A DNA stretch of 64,000 nt from a virus. The stretch is from the IMG/VR virus record IMGVR_UViG_3300027917_001949, positions 1 to 64,000 of that record, one strand, 5' to 3'. Below the pieces are notes generated by a model, which was given only the letters and a program-made list of their open reading frames with translations, did not search any database and had not been told where the DNA came from. This document shows, piece after piece, positions 50,334-59,304 of this stretch. Numbering within the stretch: the first letter of the stretch is position 1; each line of letters starts with the position of its first letter. The translations under genes and the position numbers were made by a program.

Positions 50334-50907
50334 AAGTCAAAAGGAATGGGACATCCATTTCATGAAAGAGGCAAGGTTATGGATGCCGATGAGCAAATGC
50401 TTATCACGTAAAATCGGCACTGTTCTGGTAAAAGACAACAGAGTCATTGCCACTGGGTATAACGGACCACCAAGTGGGATACCGCACTGTGACCATAGGA
50501 TTATTGATGTAGCAAGCGTACAAGCACCCTATGTTGACTACGTTGTGGACGAGACATGTCCGAGACGTAGATTAGGTATTCCTAGTGGCGAGGGGTTAGA
50601 ATTATGTCCTGCGGTTCACGCTGAAATTAATCCTATTATTCAGGCAGCAAAGATGCACATCTCAACAGAGGGGGCTACTTTGTACTGCTACTGTGGGACA
50701 CCTTGTATCAACTGTTCTAAAGAACTGATTCAAGCAGGGGTGAAACGTATAGTATGTCTTGCGAAGAGCGGTGACCGTAACTGGGACACACCCATTAAAG
50801 ACGGTGACAATCCCGATAAAAGGGAGTTTAACTTTACGTTATCTGAGGAGTTGCTTCGTCTGGCTGGTGTACAGCTTGATATAATTACGGAGGAAGAACT
50901 TGGATAA
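50320..50907 (+). CDS. dCMP deaminase
   Basis: ATGYNG, HAE, PCINC. Confidence 0.92.
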   Translation: MEAHRSQKEWDIHFMKEARLWMPMSKCLSRKIGTVLVKDNRVIATGYNGPPSGIPHCDHRIIDVASVQAPYVDYVVDETCPRRRLGIPSGEGLELCPAVHAEINPIIQAAKMHISTEGATLYCYCGTPCINCSKELIQAGVKRIVCLAKSGDRNWDTPIKDGDNPDKREFNFTLSEELLRLAGVQLDIITEEELG

Positions 50908-51913
50908 GATAGGTGACTTGATAAAGAAGAATGTTGAAAAGTCAACGGAGTTATACGTACCAAAAGGGAGGGTTTCTTGGAGATTGGCTACCGGTATACC
51001 ATCTCTGGACGTAGTTCTTGGTGGTGGATTTCCTGGTGGTTCTATTTCCCAGATATATGGTCCTGAATCATCTGGTAAAACAAGCTTGGCATACAACGTG
51101 GTAGCACAGGCTGTTCAGAACCAATTTGAAACGCTATTGTTATCATTAGAGGACTACTCAGAAGTCTACGCTCAAGCATGTGGCATCGATACAGAATCTC
51201 CATACTATCATGTCTTGGCTGGTGAGTCAGCCGAGCATGTCTTCAACTTTACAGTTGATGCTGCTCGAAATAGTGATGTCAGGGTGATTGTGATGGACTC
51301 CATTTCAGCGGCATCACCAAAGTCAAATCTTGAGAAAAAGCAGAAGACCACAAATCTTGATAAAGGACTAAAACCTGGTGAGAAAGCCAGATTAATTGGT
51401 CATTTTATTGAGCAAGTTAAACCACCTGTTCTGCGTAAAGAGCTTGTGTTTGTTACTGTCAATCAGTTGCGTTCAGACATCGGTAAGTTTGTTTCTGGGT
51501 TAAAACCTAGTGGTGGGATGGCACTTCAATACTTCTCTAATATTAAAATTTCACTGTGGGGTCGTAAAGACAATACAAAGCAGGAGATAGAGACTAGTGT
51601 AAGGGTTGAGAAAGGTAAAGATTGGGACGTTATCCCGTTTGGTGTGACTACACTGTATTTCATACACGGTAAGGGTGTCGATATTGAGCGTGACATATTA
51701 TTGACATGTGAAAAAGGAAACATCGTTAATAAAAGTGGTTCGTGGTTATCTTATATTGACGATTCCGGTAAGGAACATAAATATCAAGGTATGGACAATT
51801 TCGCCACGGTACTTCGTAGTGACTTAACACTTCGTGATGAATTGCGTAGTAAAGCTACTAATGTCGAAGCAGATGTTGAAGAAGAATCAATACTTCCTGA
51901 AAGTGAGGAATAA
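50900..51913 (+). CDS. RecA/UvsX-like recombinase
   Basis: TGIPSLDVVLGGG, YGPESSGKT, MDS, NQLR, SGGMALQY. Confidence 0.93.
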   Translation: MDKIGDLIKKNVEKSTELYVPKGRVSWRLATGIPSLDVVLGGGFPGGSISQIYGPESSGKTSLAYNVVAQAVQNQFETLLLSLEDYSEVYAQACGIDTESPYYHVLAGESAEHVFNFTVDAARNSDVRVIVMDSISAASPKSNLEKKQKTTNLDKGLKPGEKARLIGHFIEQVKPPVLRKELVFVTVNQLRSDIGKFVSGLKPSGGMALQYFSNIKISLWGRKDNTKQEIETSVRVEKGKDWDVIPFGVTTLYFIHGKGVDIERDILLTCEKGNIVNKSGSWLSYIDDSGKEHKYQGMDNFATVLRSDLTLRDELRSKATNVEADVEEESILPESEE

Positions 51914-52071
51914 TGAGTGAGTTAGGTGACATGTGGTATGAGGTATGTCTCGAAATATGGGAAATGGGTAAAGATAGACCTTATCTCAGAGACGAAGCAA
52001 CGATATGGAATGCGTTTGAATACGCATACATGAAGAGGGTTGGTAATGGAGGAGTCAGACAATGTGGCTAG
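51913..52071 (+). CDS. Small hypothetical protein (52 aa, not in ORF track)
   Basis: TAATG coupling to recA; MSELGDMWYEVC... Confidence 0.5.
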   Translation: MSELGDMWYEVCLEIWEMGKDRPYLRDEATIWNAFEYAYMKRVGNGGVRQCG

Positions 52072-52421
52072 AGCGACCAGATGTAGACGAATATTTAAGA
52101 CTTGTTGATGAACTTGCAGATGTTCAGGACGAATTAAATAAGTTGGAATATCAATACAGTAAAGCGGTGGCAGCTAATGTTCGTTCCGCAATTGGACGTG
52201 GTGCAAAAACTCGTGAGCTTGATTGTGTCAAAGTGCTCGGTAATAATGATGAGGAAAAGCTAAAGCTAGACGCATTGCAGGAGCAGATTTTTGACAAGAA
52301 GAAAAGGACACGTGTGTTGTGGGGTAAGATAGAGGCATGGAAAGCTTACAAGGAGTTATACCGTACGGATAGCTATAATAACTACGGTATTCGTGGGGCA
52401 GGGTTCGGCGATGAAGAATAA
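52062..52421 (+). CDS. Coiled-coil protein (UvsY-like position)
   Basis: GGAGGAG RBS; helical. Confidence 0.55.
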   Translation: MWLERPDVDEYLRLVDELADVQDELNKLEYQYSKAVAANVRSAIGRGAKTRELDCVKVLGNNDEEKLKLDALQEQIFDKKKRTRVLWGKIEAWKAYKELYRTDSYNNYGIRGAGFGDEE

Positions 52422-52435
52422 AGAAAGGTTGATAT

Positions 52436-53182
52436 ATGGAATTTAGTTATACAGCGTTACACTCATTGATGAACTGTGAGTACAGTTATTTCTTAAGGTA
52501 TGTTTTGAGAGTACCTATAAAAGAGTCGTCAGCATCGGTTTATGGTACTGCGATTCACCAAACGATAAAGCTTGGTTATGATAATGACCTGCCACGAGAC
52601 GAGTGGGCAAATGTTTTTCGGCAGCAGTGGATGGAGTTAACATCTAATAAAGACATTGTTTTTGCAAATGAGGGTGAATACCTTAAGAAGTTCAAAGACG
52701 GGGCACAGATGGTTACTGATTATTATGATAAGTTTGTGAAGCGACACAAAGCTCCACAGATGACGGAATTCTTTTTTGGCAGAGACCAAGCGGTGACAAT
52801 CGGTGACGGTCATCTTCTTATAGGAGTATTAGACCAAATTGATGCCAAGAACAGAGTTATTGATTATAAGTCGGGAGTAAAACCAACAAAGAACAAGCTC
52901 GATTTAGACTTGCAGTTTACTGTATATAGTTATGCGTATAGGCAACTCTTTGGTAAGAAAGAGAGTGGTCTAGTGCTACGCCATCTTGGTACTATGAAAG
53001 ATTTGGTGACCACTCGTACAGAGGACGACTTTGCTGTTCTGGAGGAGGAAGTTAACAAGGTAGCAAAAAGATTAAAGGGTAAGTTATACCTTAGAAATCT
53101 TGATAGAAGCTGCGACAATTGTTACTTCATTGAACATTGCTTGGGAAAGGAACGTTCATATGGGAGAAGACAATACTACTAA
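52436..53182 (+). CDS. Cas4/RecB-like PD-(D/E)xK exonuclease
   Basis: FSYT...C, YGTAIH, GVLD.ID, IDYKSG, Q...Y, CDNCYFIEHC. Confidence 0.88.
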   Translation: MEFSYTALHSLMNCEYSYFLRYVLRVPIKESSASVYGTAIHQTIKLGYDNDLPRDEWANVFRQQWMELTSNKDIVFANEGEYLKKFKDGAQMVTDYYDKFVKRHKAPQMTEFFFGRDQAVTIGDGHLLIGVLDQIDAKNRVIDYKSGVKPTKNKLDLDLQFTVYSYAYRQLFGKKESGLVLRHLGTMKDLVTTRTEDDFAVLEEEVNKVAKRLKGKLYLRNLDRSCDNCYFIEHCLGKERSYGRRQYY

Positions 53183-53618
53183 TATGGCAGTAATCGTGAA
53201 GGATATGCTACGAAATTATTACGACCTCGATACCACATCAAAGATTGACCTTGATAGGGCTATACAATCGTTAATTGATTGTGAAACCTTGGTAGGTGAT
53301 GACCTAATTATCATGCAACTTATTATTGAAGGTGCTAATTACCGTGAGATTTCAAAAATCATTAATAGAAATACTAGATATGTTAGCACAAGATTCAACG
53401 ACCTTGCTCAGACATTGGCGGATGAGCTTGGGGATGAGTATCAAGACACCGTGATATTAAAAAGAGTGTCCGATAAGCTTGGTAGACCGTTGACCTCTGA
53501 TGAGGAAAAATTTTGTTGGAAAGTGATTAGGTCAGGACAGTCTCTTGGAGATGGTCTGAGTATACTTAATTTTAAGGTTGGAAAACGTGGTAGAATTACC
53601 AAGAGAGATGAGGATTAA
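53159..53618 (+). CDS. Putative sigma-region-4-like HTH protein
   Basis: EGANYREISKIINRNTRYVSTR; start uncertain. Confidence 0.5.
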
Positions 53619-54414
53619 ACAGCGTGACCACTGGTCATGCAGACGTTGTGGCAAAAAATTTGAGGATTTAGTAATCTGTCAGCATGTCTATCCTGCCACA
53701 AGTGATGACCACTTTATAACATTATGCAACAAATGTATTGATTGGGCGTTCGATAATCCCAGTGAAGCAGTCATTGAGTGTGAAAAGTTACTTCGTCGTA
53801 ATAAGATAGTTCTCATTGGTGATTGTCATGGTAACTTTGAAAGATTGAACACTGTTCTCACGGACGAAATGCCTTTTGACTTCTTTCTATCGGTGGGTGA
53901 TGTTGGCACATTGAGAGACGTTACACCTGATAATATCAACATAATCGATAGGTGGCAGGATAAAGGACACTTTGTATTTGGTAATCACGATAATTGCTGG
54001 TTCTTTAATCAACTAGCATTACATCAGGACATCAATGGTGTCAGCGTTGCAGGTTTAAACGGTATGTTAAAAAGCAGAACGTTCTTAAAAGAGCAACCAA
54101 ATAACATATCGTTTCGTGAGATTATGTATCTATCTCATCTCAATGATATTGACATTTTGGTAACTCATCAACCTCCGACAGGGATGTTCGACAATGCGGG
54201 GGAATTTATCTTGGAAGAGTTATTAAATTATCTAGTACCAAAAATATACATAAGTGGTCACATTCATAAATATAAGCTTAAGTTTCATTTAAACACATTT
54301 ATGATTTCATTACCGATGATTACAAACGGTTACGCTGTAGCGTACTTTCAGGGCAGAGATTTGCGTGACCTAGAGGTGGTAATGAAGAAAGGACGGAGAT
54401 ATGTACGCATATAA
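53608..54414 (+). CDS. HNH/Zn-finger-like domain fused to metallophosphoesterase
   Basis: RDHWSCRRCG, LCNKC; GDCHG, GD, GNHD, THQPP, SGHIH. Confidence 0.8.
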   Translation: MRIKQRDHWSCRRCGKKFEDLVICQHVYPATSDDHFITLCNKCIDWAFDNPSEAVIECEKLLRRNKIVLIGDCHGNFERLNTVLTDEMPFDFFLSVGDVGTLRDVTPDNINIIDRWQDKGHFVFGNHDNCWFFNQLALHQDINGVSVAGLNGMLKSRTFLKEQPNNISFREIMYLSHLNDIDILVTHQPPTGMFDNAGEFILEELLNYLVPKIYISGHIHKYKLKFHLNTFMISLPMITNGYAVAYFQGRDLRDLEVVMKKGRRYVRI

Positions 54415-54931
54415 CCTTGATACCGAAGTTGGGTGGATAAAAAACCCTAAACTGCGTGAGCTTGTTGAGGAGATATTAAGCCACGCACCGGCACTGTTCT
54501 GGACAGCACCAAGTTCTCGTTCCGGTAAGCATCATCCGATTGATGAGTTCGACACCGGTGGTAGGATATTGCACACCAAACGGGTTGCTAAAGTTGCAAA
54601 AGATTTGGCACGTTCGTTCAACCTCAGTCGAGCAGACACTGATTGGTCAATAGCGGGTGCGTTAGTCCACGACATGGGAATGCATATAGCTGATGACGTT
54701 TATTATGGTCATGGCAGTCTATTGCTGAACGTTGTTAAGGAATTTAAGAGTCAACTTGATATTCTAAACGATAGCTACATTATAAGGTTGGCTGAGATTG
54801 TACAGTTACATATGGGAGTCTTTGATACTCCGTTCCGAGTTGCGTGGGACGACCCTATTGTCTTGGTATTGCAGTTAGCTGACTATGTAGCGTCAAGAAC
54901 ATATATAAAGGTGGATGTCGATGCCGATTGA
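54401..54931 (+). CDS. HD-domain protein
   Basis: APSS..GKHH, HT, LVHDMG, HMG, LADY. Confidence 0.85.
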   Translation: MYAYNLDTEVGWIKNPKLRELVEEILSHAPALFWTAPSSRSGKHHPIDEFDTGGRILHTKRVAKVAKDLARSFNLSRADTDWSIAGALVHDMGMHIADDVYYGHGSLLLNVVKEFKSQLDILNDSYIIRLAEIVQLHMGVFDTPFRVAWDDPIVLVLQLADYVASRTYIKVDVDAD

Positions 54932-55130
54932 TAAACAAGAACCACGAAAATCAGACGTAGACCCAGGAAGTTTGAAGCAGAGTGTACAGTTACAGAATTT
55001 GATTTGCTGTTCTGAGTGCAGTGACACTAACTCCCTACGACGAGTGAGAGACAGTGAAGGTCGAAAAATTAAACCTGCACAATATATATGTGAGGATTGT
55101 TACCAGCGTGACCTTAGAATTCGCAGTTGA
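54915..55130 (+). CDS. Small Zn-ribbon protein
   Basis: CSEC...CEDC. Confidence 0.55.
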   Translation: MSMPIDKQEPRKSDVDPGSLKQSVQLQNLICCSECSDTNSLRRVRDSEGRKIKPAQYICEDCYQRDLRIRS

Positions 55131-55338
55131 TACTAGAGCTTTTTTGAAGTGTGATTGTGGACACGTCGTCCACACAGAGAAAGTACTCCCATTGCTTACT
55201 CTATTATTGGGTAAGGAGAGTTATACATGTAAGCAGTGTGGGTCTGTTCTTGACTTTTTCCAGATTTCTTTCTGTTCTAAGGATATAAGTAAAGAGTGCG
55301 AAGATTGTACGTTCAGATTCCAGTGTTATACGACTTGA
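55054..55338 (+). CDS. Zn-ribbon protein ending in CxxCxxRFxCxT (true start may be GTG 55108)
   Basis: CDCGH, CKQCG, CEDCTFRFQCYT. Confidence 0.6.
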   Translation: MKVEKLNLHNIYVRIVTSVTLEFAVDTRAFLKCDCGHVVHTEKVLPLLTLLLGKESYTCKQCGSVLDFFQISFCSKDISKECEDCTFRFQCYTT

Positions 55339-55349
55339 CAATGGGGGGC

Positions 55350-55378
55350 TTGACATGTGACCATTTATATGGTATAAT
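55350..55378 (+). promoter_or_regulatory. sigma70/sigmaA promoter for first tRNA group
   Basis: TTGACA-17-TATAAT with TG. Confidence 0.88.
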
Positions 55379-55404
55379 ATATATGTAGGATGGGGTAGTA
55401 AAAT

Positions 55405-55475
55405 GCGTCCATAGTGTTAATATAGCATGTAACGCTTCCAACGTTACGGTGTGGGTTTGAATCCCGCTGGACGCT
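55405..55475 (+). tRNA. tRNA-Gly(TCC)
   Basis: GCGTCCA/TGGACGC acceptor; TAACG-ctTCCaa-CGTTA. Confidence 0.88.
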
Positions 55476-55480
55476 CTCAT

Positions 55481-55587
55481 GTAGGGCAAAGTGGTAAGTA
55501 AGGTAGTCGTATTCTAGAGAACGATACCCACGAGGTTGTTGTATAGGTAGCTCCTATTCAAAGAGGTTCGAACCCTCTCCCTACTCA
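55481..55587 (+). ncRNA. tRNA-like RNA with T arm and acceptor but expanded non-canonical core
   Basis: GTAGGG/CCCTAC; AGAGG-ttcgaac-CCTCT; about 75-nt interior with several hairpins. Confidence 0.5.
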
Positions 55588-55808
55588 TGAAAGTTATAGA
55601 TTATAAGTTAATATGTCGAAAGTGTGGGAAACAGATGGGTGCATTAAGCATGGCATATATCGGTGTACCACACAATACCGGTGTCAAAGCATGTACCTGT
55701 ATTGAGTGTCTGCCAAAATCTCTGGATGAAGCTGAAGCTAATGGTTATGATGAGAAGATAATCAAAGAGTTCAGAGAGTGGATTGCTGCGGGTAGGACAA
55801 ACGGTTAA
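55587..55808 (+). CDS. Small Cys-rich protein (stop lies within tRNA-Met)
   Basis: CRKCG...CIEC. Confidence 0.5.
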   Translation: MKVIDYKLICRKCGKQMGALSMAYIGVPHNTGVKACTCIECLPKSLDEAEANGYDEKIIKEFREWIAAGRTNG

Positions 55809-55859
55809 GTCGCAACCTTCATAAGGTTAGAGGATAGGGTTCAACTCCCTAACCCGCTA
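55787..55859 (+). tRNA. tRNA with CAT anticodon (Met; 1:72 mismatch, initiator-like)
   Basis: AACC-ttCATaa-GGTT; TAGGG-ttcaact-CCCTA. Confidence 0.8.
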
Positions 55860-56414
55860 ATGGGATTATTTGATTCATTACCAAACGGTAGTCAGGTAAA
55901 ACTTTGGGGATGTAACATGAAAACTTTCGAAGTAGGAGATGCAGTCCCCGATTTCGGTCTGCCAATATACATAATTATTCTCCGTGAAGGTGGGTTTGTG
56001 TCAGTCGAAGACGGTAAGATTATGGAGATACGTGAAGACGGGTTCAGGTATTTCCCAGAAGACTTTATGGGTGTACCGTGTTTTGACAAGTGGGGTAAAC
56101 GTCTCGATACCTACACCGAGATGGACGGGATATTCGGTTTTGACGAGTACTTTGACGAGCATGTCAAGAGCTTTGTGTCAAAAGACCGTATAGACCCGTG
56201 GAGAGGGAGAGTTCCGAAGCAGTTCCCGTTTCCGTTCCCTATTCCAACCACGTCTGATGGGGTGTTTGCGAAGTGTCCCAAATGTAACCGTATAAAGAGT
56301 TTGCGGGTATGTTATGGCTGTCAGGAAATTATGTGTGAGAACTGCTTAACGGAACATCAAATCGCATGTTTAAGAAAGGATGAAGATGAAATATTGGACA
56401 TACGTAGTGATTGA
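55860..56414 (+). CDS. Hypothetical protein with C-terminal Zn finger
   Basis: CPKC, CYGC, CENC..H..C. Confidence 0.6.
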   Translation: MGLFDSLPNGSQVKLWGCNMKTFEVGDAVPDFGLPIYIIILREGGFVSVEDGKIMEIREDGFRYFPEDFMGVPCFDKWGKRLDTYTEMDGIFGFDEYFDEHVKSFVSKDRIDPWRGRVPKQFPFPFPIPTTSDGVFAKCPKCNRIKSLRVCYGCQEIMCENCLTEHQIACLRKDEDEILDIRSD

Positions 56415-56820
56415 AGGTCACTGCTTTGGTGAGGAAGATGAGAATGGTCACAACCCATGTGGTGTTGATGTACCGTCTCCACGTTGTTTAGGTAATGGTA
56501 AGTCAGGAATGTGTCCCCATTTTGCCTGGACTCCTGAGACTGAACGTGAAGCTGCTTTTTTTGTACCGATTAAACTTATTTTGAAAGACAAATTTATAGG
56601 TCTCTGTCATCACATATGGGATAAGATTGAGTGGTATGCGTGGGGTCAGCTTTGGTTTAATCGTCGTAAGGTACGGGAATTCTTTGACAATATCGAGGTT
56701 GTAGATGACACTAATCCTTCGGTTCAGAGATGGTTAAAACAACAGGACAAGTCACAGACACAATTTGAAAAGTGGTTACCTAAAGTAAAGAAGGACTGGG
56801 ATGCCGATATACGTATATAG
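56380..56820 (+). CDS. Hypothetical Cys-rich protein
   Basis: ORF. Confidence 0.55.
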   Translation: MKMKYWTYVVIEGHCFGEEDENGHNPCGVDVPSPRCLGNGKSGMCPHFAWTPETEREAAFFVPIKLILKDKFIGLCHHIWDKIEWYAWGQLWFNRRKVREFFDNIEVVDDTNPSVQRWLKQQDKSQTQFEKWLPKVKKDWDADIRI

Positions 56821-57073
56821 ATGCGATGAGTGTGATACAGAGTTTGAGGAACGTCAGTCGTTTGATGATGAACCTCTCACAGAATGCCAAGAGTGTAGTG
56901 GTCCGATATATCGGGTAATATTTGCTACTCCTGTTCATTATAAGGGGGCAGGATTTGCGACCACTGAAGCACGTGGTATTACAGGGCGAAGAAGAAAGCC
57001 CAACATAAAGGTAGGTAGTGTGCATAACTTACCACCAGAAGAGAGGGAGAGAGCACTTGACCACTTCGACTAA
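56801..57073 (+). CDS. FmdB-family zinc ribbon protein
   Basis: MPIYVYRCDECDTEFEERQSF.DEPLTECQEC.G. Confidence 0.85.
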   Translation: MPIYVYRCDECDTEFEERQSFDDEPLTECQECSGPIYRVIFATPVHYKGAGFATTEARGITGRRRKPNIKVGSVHNLPPEERERALDHFD

Positions 57074-58019
57074 AGATGAATTACGAGCGTTACTATCAGA
57101 AGCGCAGAAACCGTATTTAGAGAGACATAAAGAACGTTTAGATAAAATTAAACCAGTATGGGATGAGTATCAAAGTGTTGTACCGGATGTGAATAATCTA
57201 CAACCATATATTCAGATAGCAGATGGTAACAAGGAATTACTTGACTTGCTGTTCTATGGACGAATGACTATATCAAGTTTCCCGTTCAGTGGGGCGGTTG
57301 GTAGAAGGATTCATTACTTGATACGGAATAAACCAGATGATTACATACTTGGATTAGTTGTAATAATGTCTGACTTGACTATACCTATACGTGATAAGCA
57401 TATAGGTTGGACAAGAGATAATATGTGGAAGAGCAAGAGGATAAACTATCTAATGAATGTACATCTTGCTATTAGTACACCACCGTTATCACAGTACTTA
57501 ACTGGTAAGTTAACCGCTATATCAGTTGAGAGCAAAGAAATCCAAGACTATTTCCAGGGAAAATATGGACACCCGTTGGCAGCAATGACGTGTACCAGTC
57601 TATTTGGTAAATCGTCAATCTATAATCGACTGAGAGGATACGAGTATTTAGGTTTGACGAAAGGGCATAGCGTTGCTCTTGTTCCGGTTGAGGTCAAGGA
57701 TAAAATGAGAGAAGACTTCAAAAAGGAAAAGGGTAAGCACTCCGAGATATACTATAACGAAGACGGTTCGGTCAAAGAAACGTATGGTGTCGTTAAAGGA
57801 TTTCAAAAACTCCAGAAATACTGGGATATTCAGCAGACGGAAAATCAACGAGGGACATACATTATTCCATTAGCTGAAAATTATAAGGAGTTCTTGTGTT
57901 GCGAGACGGATGAGTTGAAATCGTTTGACCATCCAACCTACGATGAACTTATAGATTATTGGAAGGAAAGATGGCTGAAAGGTCGTTTGGAGAGATTTGG
58001 TTTAAACACGGAGAACTAG
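57018..58019 (+). CDS. DUF4338 (Druantia DruA-like) protein; start probably downstream of 57018
   Basis: GRR..Y, RDKHIGW, GKL.A, KYG, TSLFG.SSIYNRL, YLGLTKG. Confidence 0.7.
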   Translation: MCITYHQKRGREHLTTSTKDELRALLSEAQKPYLERHKERLDKIKPVWDEYQSVVPDVNNLQPYIQIADGNKELLDLLFYGRMTISSFPFSGAVGRRIHYLIRNKPDDYILGLVVIMSDLTIPIRDKHIGWTRDNMWKSKRINYLMNVHLAISTPPLSQYLTGKLTAISVESKEIQDYFQGKYGHPLAAMTCTSLFGKSSIYNRLRGYEYLGLTKGHSVALVPVEVKDKMREDFKKEKGKHSEIYYNEDGSVKETYGVVKGFQKLQKYWDIQQTENQRGTYIIPLAENYKEFLCCETDELKSFDHPTYDELIDYWKERWLKGRLERFGLNTEN

Positions 58020-58183
58020 GTTATTACTTTTGACAATTTGAAGTAACTTCCTTGGGGAGTCCCGAACCAGAGTACATAACTTCATGTCCACGGGAAGGAA
58101 TGTGTTCTCCGTATAGGTGTGGATTTTACGATTTTTGCGATTCGTGTGAACGTAAATTTCACTGTGCAACACATAGAAAGTAA
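57971..58183 (+). CDS. 70-codon Cys-rich ORF with in-frame TGA at 58031 (readthrough or pseudogene)
   Basis: MAERSFGEIWFKHGELGYYF*QFEV...CDSCERKFHCATHRK; GGAAGG upstream. Confidence 0.45.
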
Positions 58184-58188
58184 GGGAG

Positions 58189-58617
58189 ATGACTATAATA
58201 GGAACAATATTAGCTCTTGTTCTAGCATTTGCACTGGTAGCTTTTCTAGCCTGTGGTTGGGTACGGGAAGTGAAACGCAACAAAGTTTTAGAGCATCAGC
58301 ACGAGGTAGCTATAAAAGAGAATAGAGCGGATGCAGTAAAACGCAGTCGTTCAGTCATTGAGGGACAAGTATTTGAACAGTTAATTGCACACTTTCCAGA
58401 GTGGAAGTTTACTCCGAGTGAAGCTAGGTTTCTTGGGTCACCTATCGATTACTTAGTGTTTGACGGTATGTCAACAGGTAACCCTGAGAAAGTAGTCTTT
58501 GTTGAGGTAAAGACTGGGACGAGTAAAACTACACCTATCCAAAACAAAATAAAGAAGCTGATTCAAGCAGGAAAGGTTGAATGGGAAACCATTGAATTAT
58601 CAAATGGCAAGCGTTAG
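58189..58617 (+). CDS. Membrane-anchored Holliday-resolvase-related endonuclease (Endonuc_Holl-like)
   Basis: N-terminal TM; KRSRSVIEGQVFEQ, RFLGSPIDYLVFDG, FVEVKTG. Confidence 0.85.
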   Translation: MTIIGTILALVLAFALVAFLACGWVREVKRNKVLEHQHEVAIKENRADAVKRSRSVIEGQVFEQLIAHFPEWKFTPSEARFLGSPIDYLVFDGMSTGNPEKVVFVEVKTGTSKTTPIQNKIKKLIQAGKVEWETIELSNGKR

Positions 58618-58906
58618 ATTAAATAAAGCAGAAGAAAAGATGCGGCAATATGGGCAACACAGGGAAGCGTTTGAGTCCATGTTAAATAGGTTCAATCGTT
58701 TAATTCAGCAGTCTGGTATCTATAGGGATTATAAAAAGTGTGAATCATATGAGAAACCTTCTGATAAGCGACGTCGAAAGAAGCGTGAAGCAGAGGCGAG
58801 GAAACGGAGGGAAAATAGAAGTGCCGTACATAGAAAAGGGCAGAAGAGAAATTCTAGACAACGCAATAAACAATCTGATTCAACACATTCGTCACGACCC
58901 AATTGA
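58604..58906 (+). CDS. rpsU: Ribosomal protein bS21 homolog
   Basis: EAFESMLNRFNR...SGI...YEKPSDKRRRKKREAEARK. Confidence 0.8.
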   Translation: MASVRLNKAEEKMRQYGQHREAFESMLNRFNRLIQQSGIYRDYKKCESYEKPSDKRRRKKREAEARKRRENRSAVHRKGQKRNSRQRNKQSDSTHSSRPN

Positions 58907-59084
58907 TGGCGAGCTTAACTATATGATAACTCGAATCATCGATGCCGCTCACGGTGGGGGTGGCTATGCTAGGTTTAACCGAGCGATGGGGGTGTTGGAT
59001 TGTGTGGCGAGAGAGTTTTACCGGAGACGTGTCGTTCCGTATGAGAACGTCAAAATAGAGGAGAATGGTGATGTATATAATTGA
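58821..59084 (+). CDS. Hypothetical phage protein
   Basis: GTG start after GGAGGG: PYI, GELNY.IT, GVLDC...EFYRR...PYE..K...NGDV. Confidence 0.7.
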   Translation: MPYIEKGRREILDNAINNLIQHIRHDPIDGELNYMITRIIDAAHGGGGYARFNRAMGVLDCVAREFYRRRVVPYENVKIEENGDVYN

Positions 59085-59304
59085 AGGTGTGTTTGACATG
59101 AAGTGGTATCCTGACGGTTCGGTCAGTCGAATGAAGTCAGCATTTAAGCAACCACTTAATACAGACCACGGAGTTATTGCTTTCATGAAGGAACAGCGAC
59201 CTTTTGAGAGTATAAAGATAACGAATACTACCACAAATGCAGATGTTACTGTGGACTTCTTGAAACAGGTAGACCCGAGGAGCGCAGTTAATGACCCAGA
59301 TTAA
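59071..59304 (+). CDS. Hypothetical protein
   Basis: ORF with GAGGAG RBS. Confidence 0.55.
   Translation: MYIIEGVFDMKWYPDGSVSRMKSAFKQPLNTDHGVIAFMKEQRPFESIKITNTTTNADVTVDFLKQVDPRSAVNDPD

Noticed and set aside
41285-51913. Inteins or introns in DnaB, polymerase or RecA
   Set aside because: Normal lengths, contiguous motifs, no splice-junction signatures
52436-53182. CRISPR-Cas system suggested by the Cas4-like nuclease
   Set aside because: No repeat-spacer array or other cas genes seen; solo Cas4-like nucleases are common in phage recombination modules
55507-55526. Amber suppressor (CTA) anticodon in the tRNA-like element
   Set aside because: No 5-bp stem frames a 7-nt loop with CTA centred
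58119-58325. 68-aa ORF in track
   Set aside because: Overlaps better-supported frames (57971..58183 and 58189..58617)
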